From positions 1 through 62,139 of the IMG/VR virus record IMGVR_UViG_3300027976_000037: DNA of 62,139 nt; one strand, 5' to 3'. The position numbers were made by a program, and so were the translations under genes. Origin of the DNA: a virus (taxonomy: Duplodnaviria; Caudoviricetes). The notes under the pieces were generated by a model. The model saw only the letters and a list, made by a program, of their open reading frames with translations, did not search any database and was not told the origin of the DNA. Shown in pieces: positions 14,154 through 24,082 of this stretch; the stretch's first letter is position 1, and the number at the start of each line of letters is the position of its first letter.

Positions 14154-14810
14154 ATGGATGTTCTAAATCAACCTGTATTGGTCCTAAACGCTAATTGGCA
14201 ACCCATCACGCCAAAAAACGTCAAGGAGGCTTTCGTCGCTATGAACGGCGGACTCAAAGGCAATAACCCACCAGCTCTGGCTTTTGACCAAGAGTTTGTT
14301 GTAGATGCTGATGGAAATGTGGATTGGTCCACCGAAGTTTATTCTTGCCCTGTGAGTTGGGATGCTTGGGTGAATCTTCCAATTCGTTCATACGATTTGG
14401 TTGTTCACACGGGTAGTAAGTCAATTCGTGCTCCACGGATCCTTCTACAACCAAGCTATTCTAAGATGCCAATGATCACGCCAAAGCCGACCAAAGAGGC
14501 AATCCGCCGCCGTGACGGTGGCATCTGCCAATACTCAGGAGATTTGCTGACTTGGAAAGAAGGTAACATCGACCACGTAGTTCCTGTGGCCCAAGGTGGA
14601 AAAAGCACCTTCGAAAACATGGTGTGGTCTCGTGTGAAAATCAATTCTGAGAAGGCTGACAGAACTCCGCAACAGGCTGGTCTAAGACTGCTCCGAAAGC
14701 CAACGGCTCCGAAAGGAACGCCTTTGAGTGCTACGCAAACAGTTGCTCACCATCCAAGCTGGGTTAATTATATGGTCCACGTGACCGAAGTTAGAGGTCA
14801 TAAGAATTAA
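14154..14810 (+). CDS. HNH endonuclease (McrA-like)
   Basis: VLVLNANWQPI, RDGGICQYSG, NIDHVVPVAQGG and N..K..RTPQQAG motifs. Confidence 0.88.
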   Translation: MDVLNQPVLVLNANWQPITPKNVKEAFVAMNGGLKGNNPPALAFDQEFVVDADGNVDWSTEVYSCPVSWDAWVNLPIRSYDLVVHTGSKSIRAPRILLQPSYSKMPMITPKPTKEAIRRRDGGICQYSGDLLTWKEGNIDHVVPVAQGGKSTFENMVWSRVKINSEKADRTPQQAGLRLLRKPTAPKGTPLSATQTVAHHPSWVNYMVHVTEVRGHKN

Positions 14811-14857
14811 CTTGACCACGCAGAGGATGTTTGGTATGTTCAGACATCCTCTTTTTT

Positions 14858-15268
14858 ATGCGATTTTCATTTCCATTTTTATTTATAAGTCTCCTACCGT
14901 TTCTACTATTGTTTGAAAACGCATGGGTAAACATCGGCGTTATTTTTGTAGTGATTATATACTTTCGTAATAGAGATGTCTCTTTGGCGGAAAAAATTTT
15001 AGAAGAAATCGATAAAAAGGTAAAGCCTGTGGCTGACCAAGTTTCTTATAATATCAAAGCGCTACACGCTCACGATAAAGATTTAAAATCAATGAATTCG
15101 GTAGTTAAAAAGGTGCGGGATAAACTGTCCGCTGGTTCTAAAAAGATACACCGTGTAGAACACTCTCAAACAGTCTCCAATAGTCGAAAGTACTCACCGG
15201 AAGCATGGGCAGAGCCGGAAGTAAAAATGAGACGTCCGCCGAAAGATAAGCCCGATACAAAATCATGA
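14858..15268 (+). CDS. membrane protein, hypothetical
   Basis: Two N-terminal hydrophobic segments followed by a coiled coil. Confidence 0.65.
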   Translation: MRFSFPFLFISLLPFLLLFENAWVNIGVIFVVIIYFRNRDVSLAEKILEEIDKKVKPVADQVSYNIKALHAHDKDLKSMNSVVKKVRDKLSAGSKKIHRVEHSQTVSNSRKYSPEAWAEPEVKMRRPPKDKPDTKS

Positions 15269-15504
15269 CATTAAATTCAATCAATTACGATGAACGAGTA
15301 TTTAAAAATACTGAGTTTTCATCCCTCGACAATGGAAAAAAGTTTTATACTGGCCGTCCACGCTCCGACTCTATTGGTTTAGAGTATACAAAAATTGCCA
15401 CGACTAAGAATATCAATGGTGCTTGGGTAAATGCGAAGAATAGTCTTGGCCTTACCATTTTTGTTCCTTATGATAAGAAGGTAGTAATTTTAGAATCCAA
15501 ATGA
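15265..15504 (+). CDS. hypothetical protein
   Basis: ORF with ATGA overlap. Confidence 0.65.
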   Translation: MTLNSINYDERVFKNTEFSSLDNGKKFYTGRPRSDSIGLEYTKIATTKNINGAWVNAKNSLGLTIFVPYDKKVVILESK

Positions 15505-15691
15505 AAAAATATAATAAAATCAAAAAAATAATTACTGAACATTTCGGCTTAACTTCTCTCGAAGATTATAAGACTTGGTTGGAAAAGTGGATATCAAAAG
15601 AGTATATTCCGACGAAGAAGGATATAGCATTACTACATCCGGATAATATCAGCTGCCGGCCATAACGGATATCATTTATTTAAATCGTAAC

Positions 15692-16165
15692 ATGGCTAAA
15701 AAGAGAGTAGTTAAAGAAAAGAATAACATTGGACCAAAAGCCAAGGGTCTATTCGACCATATCAACCATATCAGAGAGGTACAGAGCCCAACGTATTTTG
15801 ATAATTTATCGGAGTCTGATAAAAAAACATGGAGCACGTATATGATACTTCGAGCGCTCAGTATGGACACTCAAATTATAGAATCGGTCAATGAGATTCA
15901 AAAATATTGGGAACTCCCACCAAAATTATTTTATCATCTATGTACTGCGGTTACGCCTAAACGTAAAGCGTTTTTTCCATTCATCAAGGGAAAGAAAGAG
16001 GATAAGTATTCTAAAGAGCTGGTTGATTTGGTAGCAAATCATTTTCTGGAGAGTAGAAGGCACGTCACAGAGTATCTTGACATGATGACGGTAGAACAAA
16101 TAAAGTCCATTGTTTCTTTGTACGGATACACCGAAAAAGAAATGAAAAAACTTATTTCAAATTGA
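15692..16165 (+). CDS. clamp loader small subunit-like (T4 gp62-like)
   Basis: LFDHINHI...WSTYMILRALSM...VNE...PKRK pattern. Confidence 0.6.
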   Translation: MAKKRVVKEKNNIGPKAKGLFDHINHIREVQSPTYFDNLSESDKKTWSTYMILRALSMDTQIIESVNEIQKYWELPPKLFYHLCTAVTPKRKAFFPFIKGKKEDKYSKELVDLVANHFLESRRHVTEYLDMMTVEQIKSIVSLYGYTEKEMKKLISN

Positions 16166-16197
16166 CAGAAAAGTAAACAGTTACTATTCTGTTGTGC

Positions 16198-16815
16198 ATG
16201 GTAAAAAAAATAATTGGAATTTCTGGGGTAGCTAGGGCAGGAAAAGATACATTCGCTTCTATATTAATGAAGCAACTCACAAAAAAAAATAAATCTGTGG
16301 TTAAGTTTGCTTTAGCTGATGCACTCAAGGGCGACTGTGATGAGTTTTGTAAAAAATATTTTGGGTTCTCCGCCTATACTCAAATTACAGAAGAAAAGAA
16401 TTTGATTAGACCTTTTCTCGTATGGTATGGAGATGCTCAGCGGAAAAGAACAAATGGAACTTACTGGATTAACATCGTCCAAGAAAAATTAGAAAAGATT
16501 GACACAGATTTCGCTATCATCACCGATATTCGCTACGCCCACTATCCCAAAGACGAAATTCAATGGGTTCATGAGTTGGGTGGTTTGGTTGTTCACGTGG
16601 CTCGTTTTAAAAACTCCAGTATGGAATCGGGTATTGAAAACAGACAGTTTGTTCAACCAGCCAATGACCATGAAACTGTAAATGATCCAAAAGTTAGAGC
16701 GCTAGCATCTTACTCTGTAGAGTGGGAACATATTAACAGTGAAGATTTGCTAAGGTCCGAATATTTATCAGAACACGTCTCTAAATTTGTTGAGATCACT
16801 GGACTGATTCAATGA
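16198..16815 (+). CDS. deoxynucleoside monophosphate kinase
   Basis: GISGVARAGKDT P-loop, ALADALK, IITDIRY...E motifs. Confidence 0.85.
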   Translation: MVKKIIGISGVARAGKDTFASILMKQLTKKNKSVVKFALADALKGDCDEFCKKYFGFSAYTQITEEKNLIRPFLVWYGDAQRKRTNGTYWINIVQEKLEKIDTDFAIITDIRYAHYPKDEIQWVHELGGLVVHVARFKNSSMESGIENRQFVQPANDHETVNDPKVRALASYSVEWEHINSEDLLRSEYLSEHVSKFVEITGLIQ

Positions 16816-17255
16816 GCGTCTTCCACTTCATCTTCATCGTCATCTTCATCGTCATCTTCATCTTCATCCGGCTGCCTAAAGTCCAAATTGTTAAAATCGT
16901 GGCGTGTTAGACCCATCTCTGAAGTTAGTGACATTATGTAAATACACATTTCATCTTTTGTGAAATTACATGTTTTTAATTTTTTAGAATGATCAATTGT
17001 CATCTTAACAATTTTTTCGTTGTAAGCCGTATCGTTATAAATGATGCCCGGAATAGGGTTGGCCTTATCATGCATGTTGCCCATGATTTTCATCTCTTCT
17101 TCAAGCATTGCATCAAACTCAGCGTCAGTCTTAGTTTTTCCTCGAACCTTTTCTTTTATTTTTTCAACAACCGATGTAGGAACTACCTTAGCAATAGAAA
17201 AGTTTTTCAAGATACCTTTTTTCTGCAGCATGTGACTGAATTGATTTGGGTTCAT
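16809..17255 (-). CDS. hypothetical protein with acidic tail
   Basis: 148-aa ORF, D/E-rich C-terminus; last gene of a four-gene minus-strand operon. Confidence 0.75.
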   Translation of the reverse strand: MNPNQFSHMLQKKGILKNFSIAKVVPTSVVEKIKEKVRGKTKTDAEFDAMLEEEMKIMGNMHDKANPIPGIIYNDTAYNEKIVKMTIDHSKKLKTCNFTKDEMCIYIMSLTSEMGLTRHDFNNLDFRQPDEDEDDDEDDDEDEVEDAH

Positions 17256-17623
17256 CGTTTAGCGTATAGCAGTGTGTTTATATCAGATACAATCCCCTTA
17301 AAAGATGTTGGTTTAGAATAAGTTGCCAAAACAATATTTTTTTCAATGTACTGTTGTAGTTTGTCTTTATAAGTATTAAGGTGTCCTGATATTACAATCG
17401 CGGGTGTTTTATTTTTATTTTCATCCAAATATTTGAGTAACGTGATTCCACTTTCATCCAACAATGTCAAGTCCAATAAAATAAGATCAATCCGATTCTT
17501 TTTCAATATACATTTGGCTGATTTAACTGAATCACACAGTATCACCACATGATTAAGCTCTACGAAAAAAATTTTAGCTAGAGCTGAAATATATTCATCA
17601 TCTTCGACGTATAAAACGTTCAC
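17252..17623 (-). CDS. single-domain response regulator (CheY-like)
   Basis: VEDD, LILLDLTLLDESG, VISG and KP motifs. Confidence 0.9.
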   Translation of the reverse strand: MNVLYVEDDEYISALAKIFFVELNHVVILCDSVKSAKCILKKNRIDLILLDLTLLDESGITLLKYLDENKNKTPAIVISGHLNTYKDKLQQYIEKNIVLATYSKPTSFKGIVSDINTLLYAKR

Positions 17624-18069
17624 GATAAATTCCTTCTTTTATAGACTACGTAATAATGATTTCCGTCAACTAGTACTGTAAAAATTAAAAGATTGATTAA
17701 AATTTCTTTTCCACTCTTTGTATAGTTTGTGACAACACCTTGCCAATAATCATTTTTTTCAAGATTTTCTTTTAACTGGCGCACGACTTCTCCTTTAGAA
17801 TTTTTACCGAAAAAAATCTCCACAGACTGACCCTTTAGCTCTTTCTCGGAATACCCCATGAGTTTACGGAGTGGCTTATTTGTGGTAAGTATGAATGGGT
17901 TCTTAGTATCATACGACACAACCATCGCGGGCGAGGTGCTCGCCTTTATACTCTTAATTAATTCCTTTTCAGTAATAACTTCGAGCCGTCCATTTTCTAC
18001 ATCGCACTCAACCTTACCCAAACACAGACGCTTAAGTTTTTCTCCCGCATCCTGTAAAAAGTTTTTCAT
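17620..18069 (-). CDS. stand-alone PAS/PAC domain protein
   Basis: N..L..LMGYSEKELKGQ and WQGVVTNYTKSG motifs. Confidence 0.85.
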   Translation of the reverse strand: MKNFLQDAGEKLKRLCLGKVECDVENGRLEVITEKELIKSIKASTSPAMVVSYDTKNPFILTTNKPLRKLMGYSEKELKGQSVEIFFGKNSKGEVVRQLKENLEKNDYWQGVVTNYTKSGKEILINLLIFTVLVDGNHYYVVYKRRNLS

Positions 18070-18437
18070 TATTTTCTATCCAACAACGTAACCCGCTCGG
18101 CCAACTCAGCAACCTTAATATCCTTTTTCATTAAACTAATCTTAAGATCACTAATTTTTCTATCCTTTTCAACAACTTCAGCTCGTAAGTCGCTCATAGC
18201 AGCCTGCAAATCTATAATTTCTTTATCCTTGTCCTTCATTGCTAATCGTAGTTCTTCGATTGTGTGTCGAGCATCGGCCAACTCATTCCTAATTTCTGAA
18301 CGAAACTGTTCGTTGGCACGAACTATTGAAGCAAATTCCCCCGTTTGAGCTCTTCGTTTTCCAACCAAGTAGCTGACTATGGCGGAAAGTAGAGCGGATG
18401 CTCCTCCAACGATAAGTGTTAAAAGTTCAAATGTCAT
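18069..18437 (-). CDS. TM-anchored coiled-coil protein
   Basis: N-terminal TM helix and heptad-rich remainder; start chosen after a TATACTTATT motif. Confidence 0.75.
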   Translation of the reverse strand: MTFELLTLIVGGASALLSAIVSYLVGKRRAQTGEFASIVRANEQFRSEIRNELADARHTIEELRLAMKDKDKEIIDLQAAMSDLRAEVVEKDRKISDLKISLMKKDIKVAELAERVTLLDRK

Positions 18438-18519
18438 ATAATAATAAGTATAGTTAAATGTCGTCAAACCAGCTTCTTCTGTGTTGACATTTCGACTATT
18501 TTATGGTCTAATTGTCTAA

Positions 18520-19533
18520 ATGGAAGATACATCTATAAATACACCCACAATAGCGCCGACTGTCGAAAAGAAAAATAAGTCGGTAAGTTTCAGTCAATAC
18601 TCTATTTGGTTGAAATGTCCTCAACAGTGGAAGCTATCGTATATAGATAAACTTACAAAATTTGATGAAACCTTAAATACCGCTTTTGGTAAGGCTGTTC
18701 ACACTTCGCTCCAGAAGTTCCTAGAAGTACTCTATGGACAAGGTGCAATCGAAGCAGAAGCGTTAGATTCAGTCGCATTGTTCAATACAGAGTATGATAA
18801 GGAAATTGCTATTGTGCGAGAAAAGGAGACAAAGGAAAAGACATCGGCTCGTGAAGTAGCAAATTTCGAAAAAGTTAAATACGTCGAAACACCTACCAAG
18901 TTTGAACCCGATGGCGTTGAAGAATTTAGAATCGATGGTAAGAATATCATGGAATACTTCGTGTCCCATTCGATTCGGACAAAACATTTTCCGTCGAAAA
19001 AATTTGAAGTGATTGGTGTCGAACTTCCTTTGAACATTCCTATTCGAAACGGGTTGATTACTTATAAAGGGTTTCTGGACATCGTTCTCCGTGAGAAAGG
19101 AACTGGAAAGATTCGTATTTTAGATTTTAAAACATCTACATTTGGTTGGAACAAATATCAGAAGGCTGACCGCACTAAGATTGACCAACTTCTTTTATAT
19201 AAGAGATTTTACCATCAAGTCTATAAGACACCAATGACAGATATCGATGTTGAGTTTGTCGTTCTCAAACGAAAACTATATGAGGACGTGGCCTTTCCAC
19301 AACAACGGATTCAACGAATTGCTCCGCCGGATGGTAAAATGAGCATGAAACAAGTCGAAACGTCTTTTTTGGAGTTCATCAATGAGTGCTTTGATGCATA
19401 TGGTGAGTATAATAAAGACCATACATTTATGAAAAATCCTGGCAAAGCCAAGAAGAATTGTAAATATTGCGCTTTCGCAACCATGCTAACGCCAGATGGC
19501 AAGACAAAATACTGCGACGGTAAGGAAGGATAA
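18520..19533 (+). CDS. PD-(D/E)XK exonuclease (RecB/Cas4-like)
   Basis: SFSQYS...CP, FGKAVH, GFLD, ILDFKT, QLLLY and CKYC motifs. Confidence 0.88.
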   Translation: MEDTSINTPTIAPTVEKKNKSVSFSQYSIWLKCPQQWKLSYIDKLTKFDETLNTAFGKAVHTSLQKFLEVLYGQGAIEAEALDSVALFNTEYDKEIAIVREKETKEKTSAREVANFEKVKYVETPTKFEPDGVEEFRIDGKNIMEYFVSHSIRTKHFPSKKFEVIGVELPLNIPIRNGLITYKGFLDIVLREKGTGKIRILDFKTSTFGWNKYQKADRTKIDQLLLYKRFYHQVYKTPMTDIDVEFVVLKRKLYEDVAFPQQRIQRIAPPDGKMSMKQVETSFLEFINECFDAYGEYNKDHTFMKNPGKAKKNCKYCAFATMLTPDGKTKYCDGKEG

Positions 19534-19539
19534 CCGCTA

Positions 19540-19878
19540 TTAAGCGTGTGTTCCCTGAAAGCCTTGTGAATTATCGTAATCGGCTGGGATTTCTTTTACA
19601 AGTCTAGCTAGGCCTGTTTGATTGAGTATCTGTGCAATCTCTTCTCTACTTAGAGGTTCGCCCACATCTTCAAAACTTGTAAGCCAGACTGGTCCACGCT
19701 TGCCAATACCATATAGGGCGAGGAGGTTATTAGAAAAAGTTAGGCCACGAGAGTAATCAATCTCAAAACGATTGTACATGTCTTTTTGACCTTCGATGTC
19801 ATCAATGGTATTTTGGACAGAATTTTCAGTTAATTTAAATTGATTACCGTCGATATTTTCGAATAATTTTCTCTTCAT
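19540..19878 (-). CDS. hypothetical protein
   Basis: MKRKLFEN reads on the minus strand (CAT at 19876-19878); the supplied track mislabels it as +. Confidence 0.75.
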   Translation of the reverse strand: MKRKLFENIDGNQFKLTENSVQNTIDDIEGQKDMYNRFEIDYSRGLTFSNNLLALYGIGKRGPVWLTSFEDVGEPLSREEIAQILNQTGLARLVKEIPADYDNSQGFQGTHA

Positions 19879-20026
19879 AAAATTTAATTTAGATTGTCAC
19901 CATGACACGCTAACTATAAATATAGATTATTTCATATAAGAAACCTAAAATGGAAGAAATGTTGTAAAATTATGTGTATAATTGTATTAATGTAACGATT
20001 TATGTCGTAACGATATATTTATAAAC

Positions 20027-20173
20027 GTGGGAAGAAAAAAATTATATAGGACGGTGGAAGAACTTCGAGAACAAACTCGAAAACGTGTGGCGAAATATCG
20101 AAAATTACACAACAAAAGAATCAACGTTGAAAGGATGGATAGATATTATGCCAGCAAAAATAACAACTGTTGA
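20027..20173 (+). CDS. 48-aa basic leader protein
   Basis: GTG after ATATTTATA; MGRKKLYRTVEELREQTRKRVAKYRK; overlaps the endonuclease start. Confidence 0.55.
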   Translation: MGRKKLYRTVEELREQTRKRVAKYRKLHNKRINVERMDRYYASKNNNC

Positions 20174-21077
20174 GTTCATCAAAAGGGCTGATAAAATTCA
20201 TGAAGGAACTTATGATTATTCGGGTGTAAGGTGCACTGGTGGAAGGAAAAAAGTAAATATCAAATGTAAAAGACACGGTATTTTTTCCCAAACTGTCGAA
20301 CGTCACCTCAGTGGAGCTGGGTGCAGATTTTGTAATGCCCATCAAAAAAAGACAACCGTTGAATTTATCGACAACTGCGTCAGCGTCCACGGAAGTAAAT
20401 ATGACTACACCAAGGTTCAATATCTCAGAGATAATAGTAAAGTTGAGATATTGTGTAAAATTCACGGATCATTTTTTCAATGTCCGAAAGATCATTTTAG
20501 GCTAGGTTGTGGGTGCCCCGAATGTAAACGTGATAAGATGAGATACACGACCGATGAGTTTATTGCAAAAGCGAAAAATCGACACGGAAACCGTTATGAT
20601 TACTCTTTATCTGACTACACCGGCAACCAAGATAAAATTACCATAGTCTGTCAAATACATGGAAAGTTTAAACAAAAAGCCAAAGATCATTTGTTAGGTT
20701 GTGGGTGCCAAAAATGCAACAGAAAAATATCCAAAACAGAAATTCAATTTTTAGATATAATTGGCATTCCAGAAGAATGTCGTCAGTATCGAATCAGTGG
20801 AACCAAATATCAAGCCGACGGATATGACAAATCAACTAACACGGTGTGGGAGTTTTTAGGAGACCATTGGCACGGAAATCCAAAAATCAAAGATCCTAAT
20901 AAACCAATATGTTTAAATAGTAATACCACATTTGGAGATTTGTATAAAAAAACTCTACAAAAATTTTCAAGATTGATAGATTTGGGTTACAATATTAACT
21001 ACGTGTGGGAATTCGATTGGAAAATTTGGAAAAAGGATACTACAAAAATTTTAAAAATTTGTAAATATAAGAAGTAG
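20148..21077 (+). CDS. homing endonuclease with three Zn-ribbon repeats and PD-(D/E)XK (Vsr-like) domain
   Basis: Three F...HG..YDY...I.C..HG.F.Q...H..GCGC..C repeats; ADGYD...EFLGDHWHG. Confidence 0.85.
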   Translation: MPAKITTVEFIKRADKIHEGTYDYSGVRCTGGRKKVNIKCKRHGIFSQTVERHLSGAGCRFCNAHQKKTTVEFIDNCVSVHGSKYDYTKVQYLRDNSKVEILCKIHGSFFQCPKDHFRLGCGCPECKRDKMRYTTDEFIAKAKNRHGNRYDYSLSDYTGNQDKITIVCQIHGKFKQKAKDHLLGCGCQKCNRKISKTEIQFLDIIGIPEECRQYRISGTKYQADGYDKSTNTVWEFLGDHWHGNPKIKDPNKPICLNSNTTFGDLYKKTLQKFSRLIDLGYNINYVWEFDWKIWKKDTTKILKICKYKK

Positions 21078-21145
21078 AATAATCATAAATTCCACAATAC
21101 ATCTATATATATTGGGGTAAGTTAAACAATCAAAGTAGGAAAATT

Positions 21146-21355
21146 ATGAAACTAAAAGGAATTTACCAAACCAGCTTTACTTCGGTGCATTTGTTCAAAG
21201 ATAAGTATGACGCATTCAAACACCTATCAGTAGGTAACGGAATGTCACTTCAGAAATTAGTAAATCGGTGTGTGTATCTTTACACATCCGACGAAACATT
21301 TCGATATACGGTTGATAAGACGACTGATTTGCAGATCAGCGGATCATCATTCTAA
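21146..21355 (+). CDS. small putative DNA-binding protein
   Basis: TSVHLF..Y..FK...SLQKLVNR..LY ribbon-helix-helix-like pattern. Confidence 0.6.
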   Translation: MKLKGIYQTSFTSVHLFKDKYDAFKHLSVGNGMSLQKLVNRCVYLYTSDETFRYTVDKTTDLQISGSSF

Positions 21356-21395
21356 TTAACAATTGCACAAAACACCTTAACCTTATACTGGCCAC

Positions 21396-22904
21396 ATGGA
21401 ACCAACTGAATTAACAACAATACCAATTGAGGGTTATATCCCACAAAAAGATCGTAAGAAAATCATTTTACTATGTGATGATTTGAGAATGCATTCTGGC
21501 ATAGCTACGATGGCAAGAGAATTTGTCATGGGAACCTCTCACAAGTACAATTGGGTTCAAATCGCCGGTTCTGTTAATCATCCCGAAAAAGGAAAGATTA
21601 TGAATTTGGATGAGTCTGTAAAGAAGGACACCGGCAATCCAGATCCTTATGTACGATTATATCCAGCGGACGGATATGGAAATGCTGATGTTTTGGGTCA
21701 GGTTATGGCTATGGAAAAACCAGACGCTCTATTACACTTCACCGACCCAAGATTCTGGGGTTGGCTGTACGCTATGGAGAGAGAACTACGCCAGACTATC
21801 CCAATTGGATTCTATTCCATCTGGGACGACCTACCATATCCAATGTATAATCGTTCGTTTTATATGAGCTGTGATTGGATAGGCTGTATTAGTAGACAAA
21901 CAAAAAATATCGTTGAGAATGTACTTGGTCCCAAAGCGTTGAACAATCCAACAAGAGTCACATACGTTCCACATGGTATCAATCCTAAAACATTTTATCC
22001 ATTTTCTACCGCTGAAGAGGCTGAGAAAATTGCTCAAATGAAAAAAGTTTTATTCCGAAAGGATTACAACTACGTTATTCTCTACAATAACAGGAACATT
22101 CGAAGAAAGCAAACATCTTCAATATTTTTGGCTTATCGAACATTCTGTGACTCACTAACTCCTCAGGAGGCTGCTAAATGTGTATTACTTCTCCACACTA
22201 ATCCCGTGGAAGAGGCTGGCACAGATTTATTGTCTTGTAAAGAGGCTCTTTGCCCGCAGTATGATGTAATTTTTAGCTCTGGAAAAATGTCGCCAGCCGA
22301 TATGAATACCGTGTATAACTTGGCGGATGTCACCATCAATTTATCAGACAATGAAGGATTTGGGCTTGGAACAGCCGAGAGTTTGATGGCAGGAACACCA
22401 ATCATCGTTAGCGCTACGGGTGGACTACAGGATCAGTGTGGTTTCACAGATGGCGATGGTAATGTTGTAGAATTTTCTAATGAATGGGGGAGTAACCACG
22501 ACGGAAAGTTGAAAAAACACGGTAAGTGGGTCACACCTATATATCCAGGAGCTCGTATGTTACAGGGTTCTATCCCAACACCATATATTTTTGCTGACTA
22601 TTGTAAATGGGAAGATGCCGCCGAAGCAATGATGTACTGGTACACCATTGGCGCTGAAAAACGAGTTGAATATGGTGCACTCGGGCATGAATACGTTAAT
22701 GGTTCTGGTGGATTGAATTCTAAAAACATGTGTTCAACAATGATTGAAGGGTTGGACAGTATGATGGCAAATTGGCTTGGGCGCGAAAAATTTAATATTC
22801 ACCGACACGATGAATACGTCGGGCATACGATGCCAAATAACTCACTCGGTATTACTATACCAAAAATTGACAAGGAAAAGGTATTAGAGAAATTCAAATC
22901 ATAA
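21396..22904 (+). CDS. GT-B (family 4-like) glycosyltransferase
   Basis: YVPHGI, NNRNIRRK and NEGFGLGTAESLMAGTP motifs. Confidence 0.9.
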   Translation: MEPTELTTIPIEGYIPQKDRKKIILLCDDLRMHSGIATMAREFVMGTSHKYNWVQIAGSVNHPEKGKIMNLDESVKKDTGNPDPYVRLYPADGYGNADVLGQVMAMEKPDALLHFTDPRFWGWLYAMERELRQTIPIGFYSIWDDLPYPMYNRSFYMSCDWIGCISRQTKNIVENVLGPKALNNPTRVTYVPHGINPKTFYPFSTAEEAEKIAQMKKVLFRKDYNYVILYNNRNIRRKQTSSIFLAYRTFCDSLTPQEAAKCVLLLHTNPVEEAGTDLLSCKEALCPQYDVIFSSGKMSPADMNTVYNLADVTINLSDNEGFGLGTAESLMAGTPIIVSATGGLQDQCGFTDGDGNVVEFSNEWGSNHDGKLKKHGKWVTPIYPGARMLQGSIPTPYIFADYCKWEDAAEAMMYWYTIGAEKRVEYGALGHEYVNGSGGLNSKNMCSTMIEGLDSMMANWLGREKFNIHRHDEYVGHTMPNNSLGITIPKIDKEKVLEKFKS

Positions 22905-22908
22905 AATT

Positions 22909-23100
22909 ATGGCAAAAGCACTAACAAGAGACGAAGCGAAAACAAAAATCTACGAGCTGGCTAAACGGCTCCGTGAAATCGAAAAAGAAAAACGTAGTAC
23001 AATGGCCGACTTTAAGGATCGTATCAACGATGTTAAGTCTGAAATGGAAGCTATCATTGGTGAGCAAGAAGACCAAAATACCGCGGGAACTACACCTTGA
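22909..23100 (+). CDS. small coiled-coil protein
   Basis: 63-aa ORF within the operon. Confidence 0.65.
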   Translation: MAKALTRDEAKTKIYELAKRLREIEKEKRSTMADFKDRINDVKSEMEAIIGEQEDQNTAGTTP

Positions 23101-23157
23101 AGTGTAAAATAATACAATAAAATACACTTTTGAACATTCTATCATATACTTATTGAT

Positions 23158-23310
23158 ATGACCACACTAGCCAAAAAAACTCTTCCGATAGCTTCGGCAT
23201 CGTATGAGGTTATTAAGAAATATTGTAAGGACAATAATTTAAAAATATCTGGTTGGGCGGAGGTTGTATTACTAAAGGAGATAGAAAATGCGAAAAAAAG
23301 AACAAATTGA
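23158..23310 (+). CDS. 50-aa RHH-like leader protein
   Basis: YEVIKKYCKDNNLKISGWAE; after ATACTTATT motif; overlaps the endonuclease start. Confidence 0.55.
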   Translation: MTTLAKKTLPIASASYEVIKKYCKDNNLKISGWAEVVLLKEIENAKKRTN

Positions 23311-24082
23311 AAAATACTGTGCTGTCTGCGGCTCCGTCTTCTATGTTAGTAAGTATAGAGAAAAAACTGCTCGATACTGCTCCAGAAAATGTAGTAATGT
23401 AGATTCGGAAAGAAAAGCTGAGAGAATAAAAAATGCTAAAAATGGATTTTGTAAACACAATAAAGAAAATGGTCCTTGGAATAAAGGTTTTACAAAAGAA
23501 ACTCATCCTCAATTGGCTTGTCCAGGAAATGGAAAAAACTTTGGAATTCCTTGGGCGAAAGGAAAATCAAAAAAGACCGATAAAAGGCTCGCCAAACTAT
23601 CAATTAAGAATTCAAAAATCATCCAAGGTATGTATGACCGCGGAGAAATTGATTTGTCTAAACGCAAGACAGACTACAAGGCTCTTGGTCAGAAAGTTTC
23701 AAATACCATCTCAAAAATGCTCGCCAATGGAACTCTTAAAAATCAATTTCGTTTTAGAAAAGGGTGGTATACAAAATTGGATGGAACCAAAGAATTTTAC
23801 GAAAGTTCTTATGAAAAAAAATACATGGAAATCATGGACTCTAAAGGTGTTGAATGGACTAAGAAACATGGAATTCGAATTCAATATCTCGACCCAACAA
23901 CAAGAACCAATCGATATTATGTTCCCGACTTTCTCGTAAACGGAATTGAATTACATGAAGTAAAACCAAAAAAACAAACTACTCTTCCTAAAATTTTAGC
24001 AAAAACTAAAGCTGCGAAAAAATATTGTTTGACAAATAAAATGAAGTATAACATTATAACCGAAAAGAATTTAGACCTATGA
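23288..24082 (+). CDS. homing endonuclease (NUMOD-like repeats and TnsA-like PD-(D/E)XK domain)
   Basis: CAVCG, YCSRKC, PWNKG, YESSYE, YYVPDFLV and EVKP motifs. Confidence 0.85.
   Translation: MRKKEQIEKYCAVCGSVFYVSKYREKTARYCSRKCSNVDSERKAERIKNAKNGFCKHNKENGPWNKGFTKETHPQLACPGNGKNFGIPWAKGKSKKTDKRLAKLSIKNSKIIQGMYDRGEIDLSKRKTDYKALGQKVSNTISKMLANGTLKNQFRFRKGWYTKLDGTKEFYESSYEKKYMEIMDSKGVEWTKKHGIRIQYLDPTTRTNRYYVPDFLVNGIELHEVKPKKQTTLPKILAKTKAAKKYCLTNKMKYNIITEKNLDL

Noticed and set aside
18520-19533. Cas4-like protein as a sign of CRISPR-Cas
   Set aside because: No repeat-spacer array or other cas genes; stand-alone PD-(D/E)XK exonucleases are common in phages.
19540-19878. ORF listed on the + strand in the supplied track
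   Set aside because: The protein is encoded on the minus strand (CAT at 19876-19878, TTA at 19540-19542); reported as minus.
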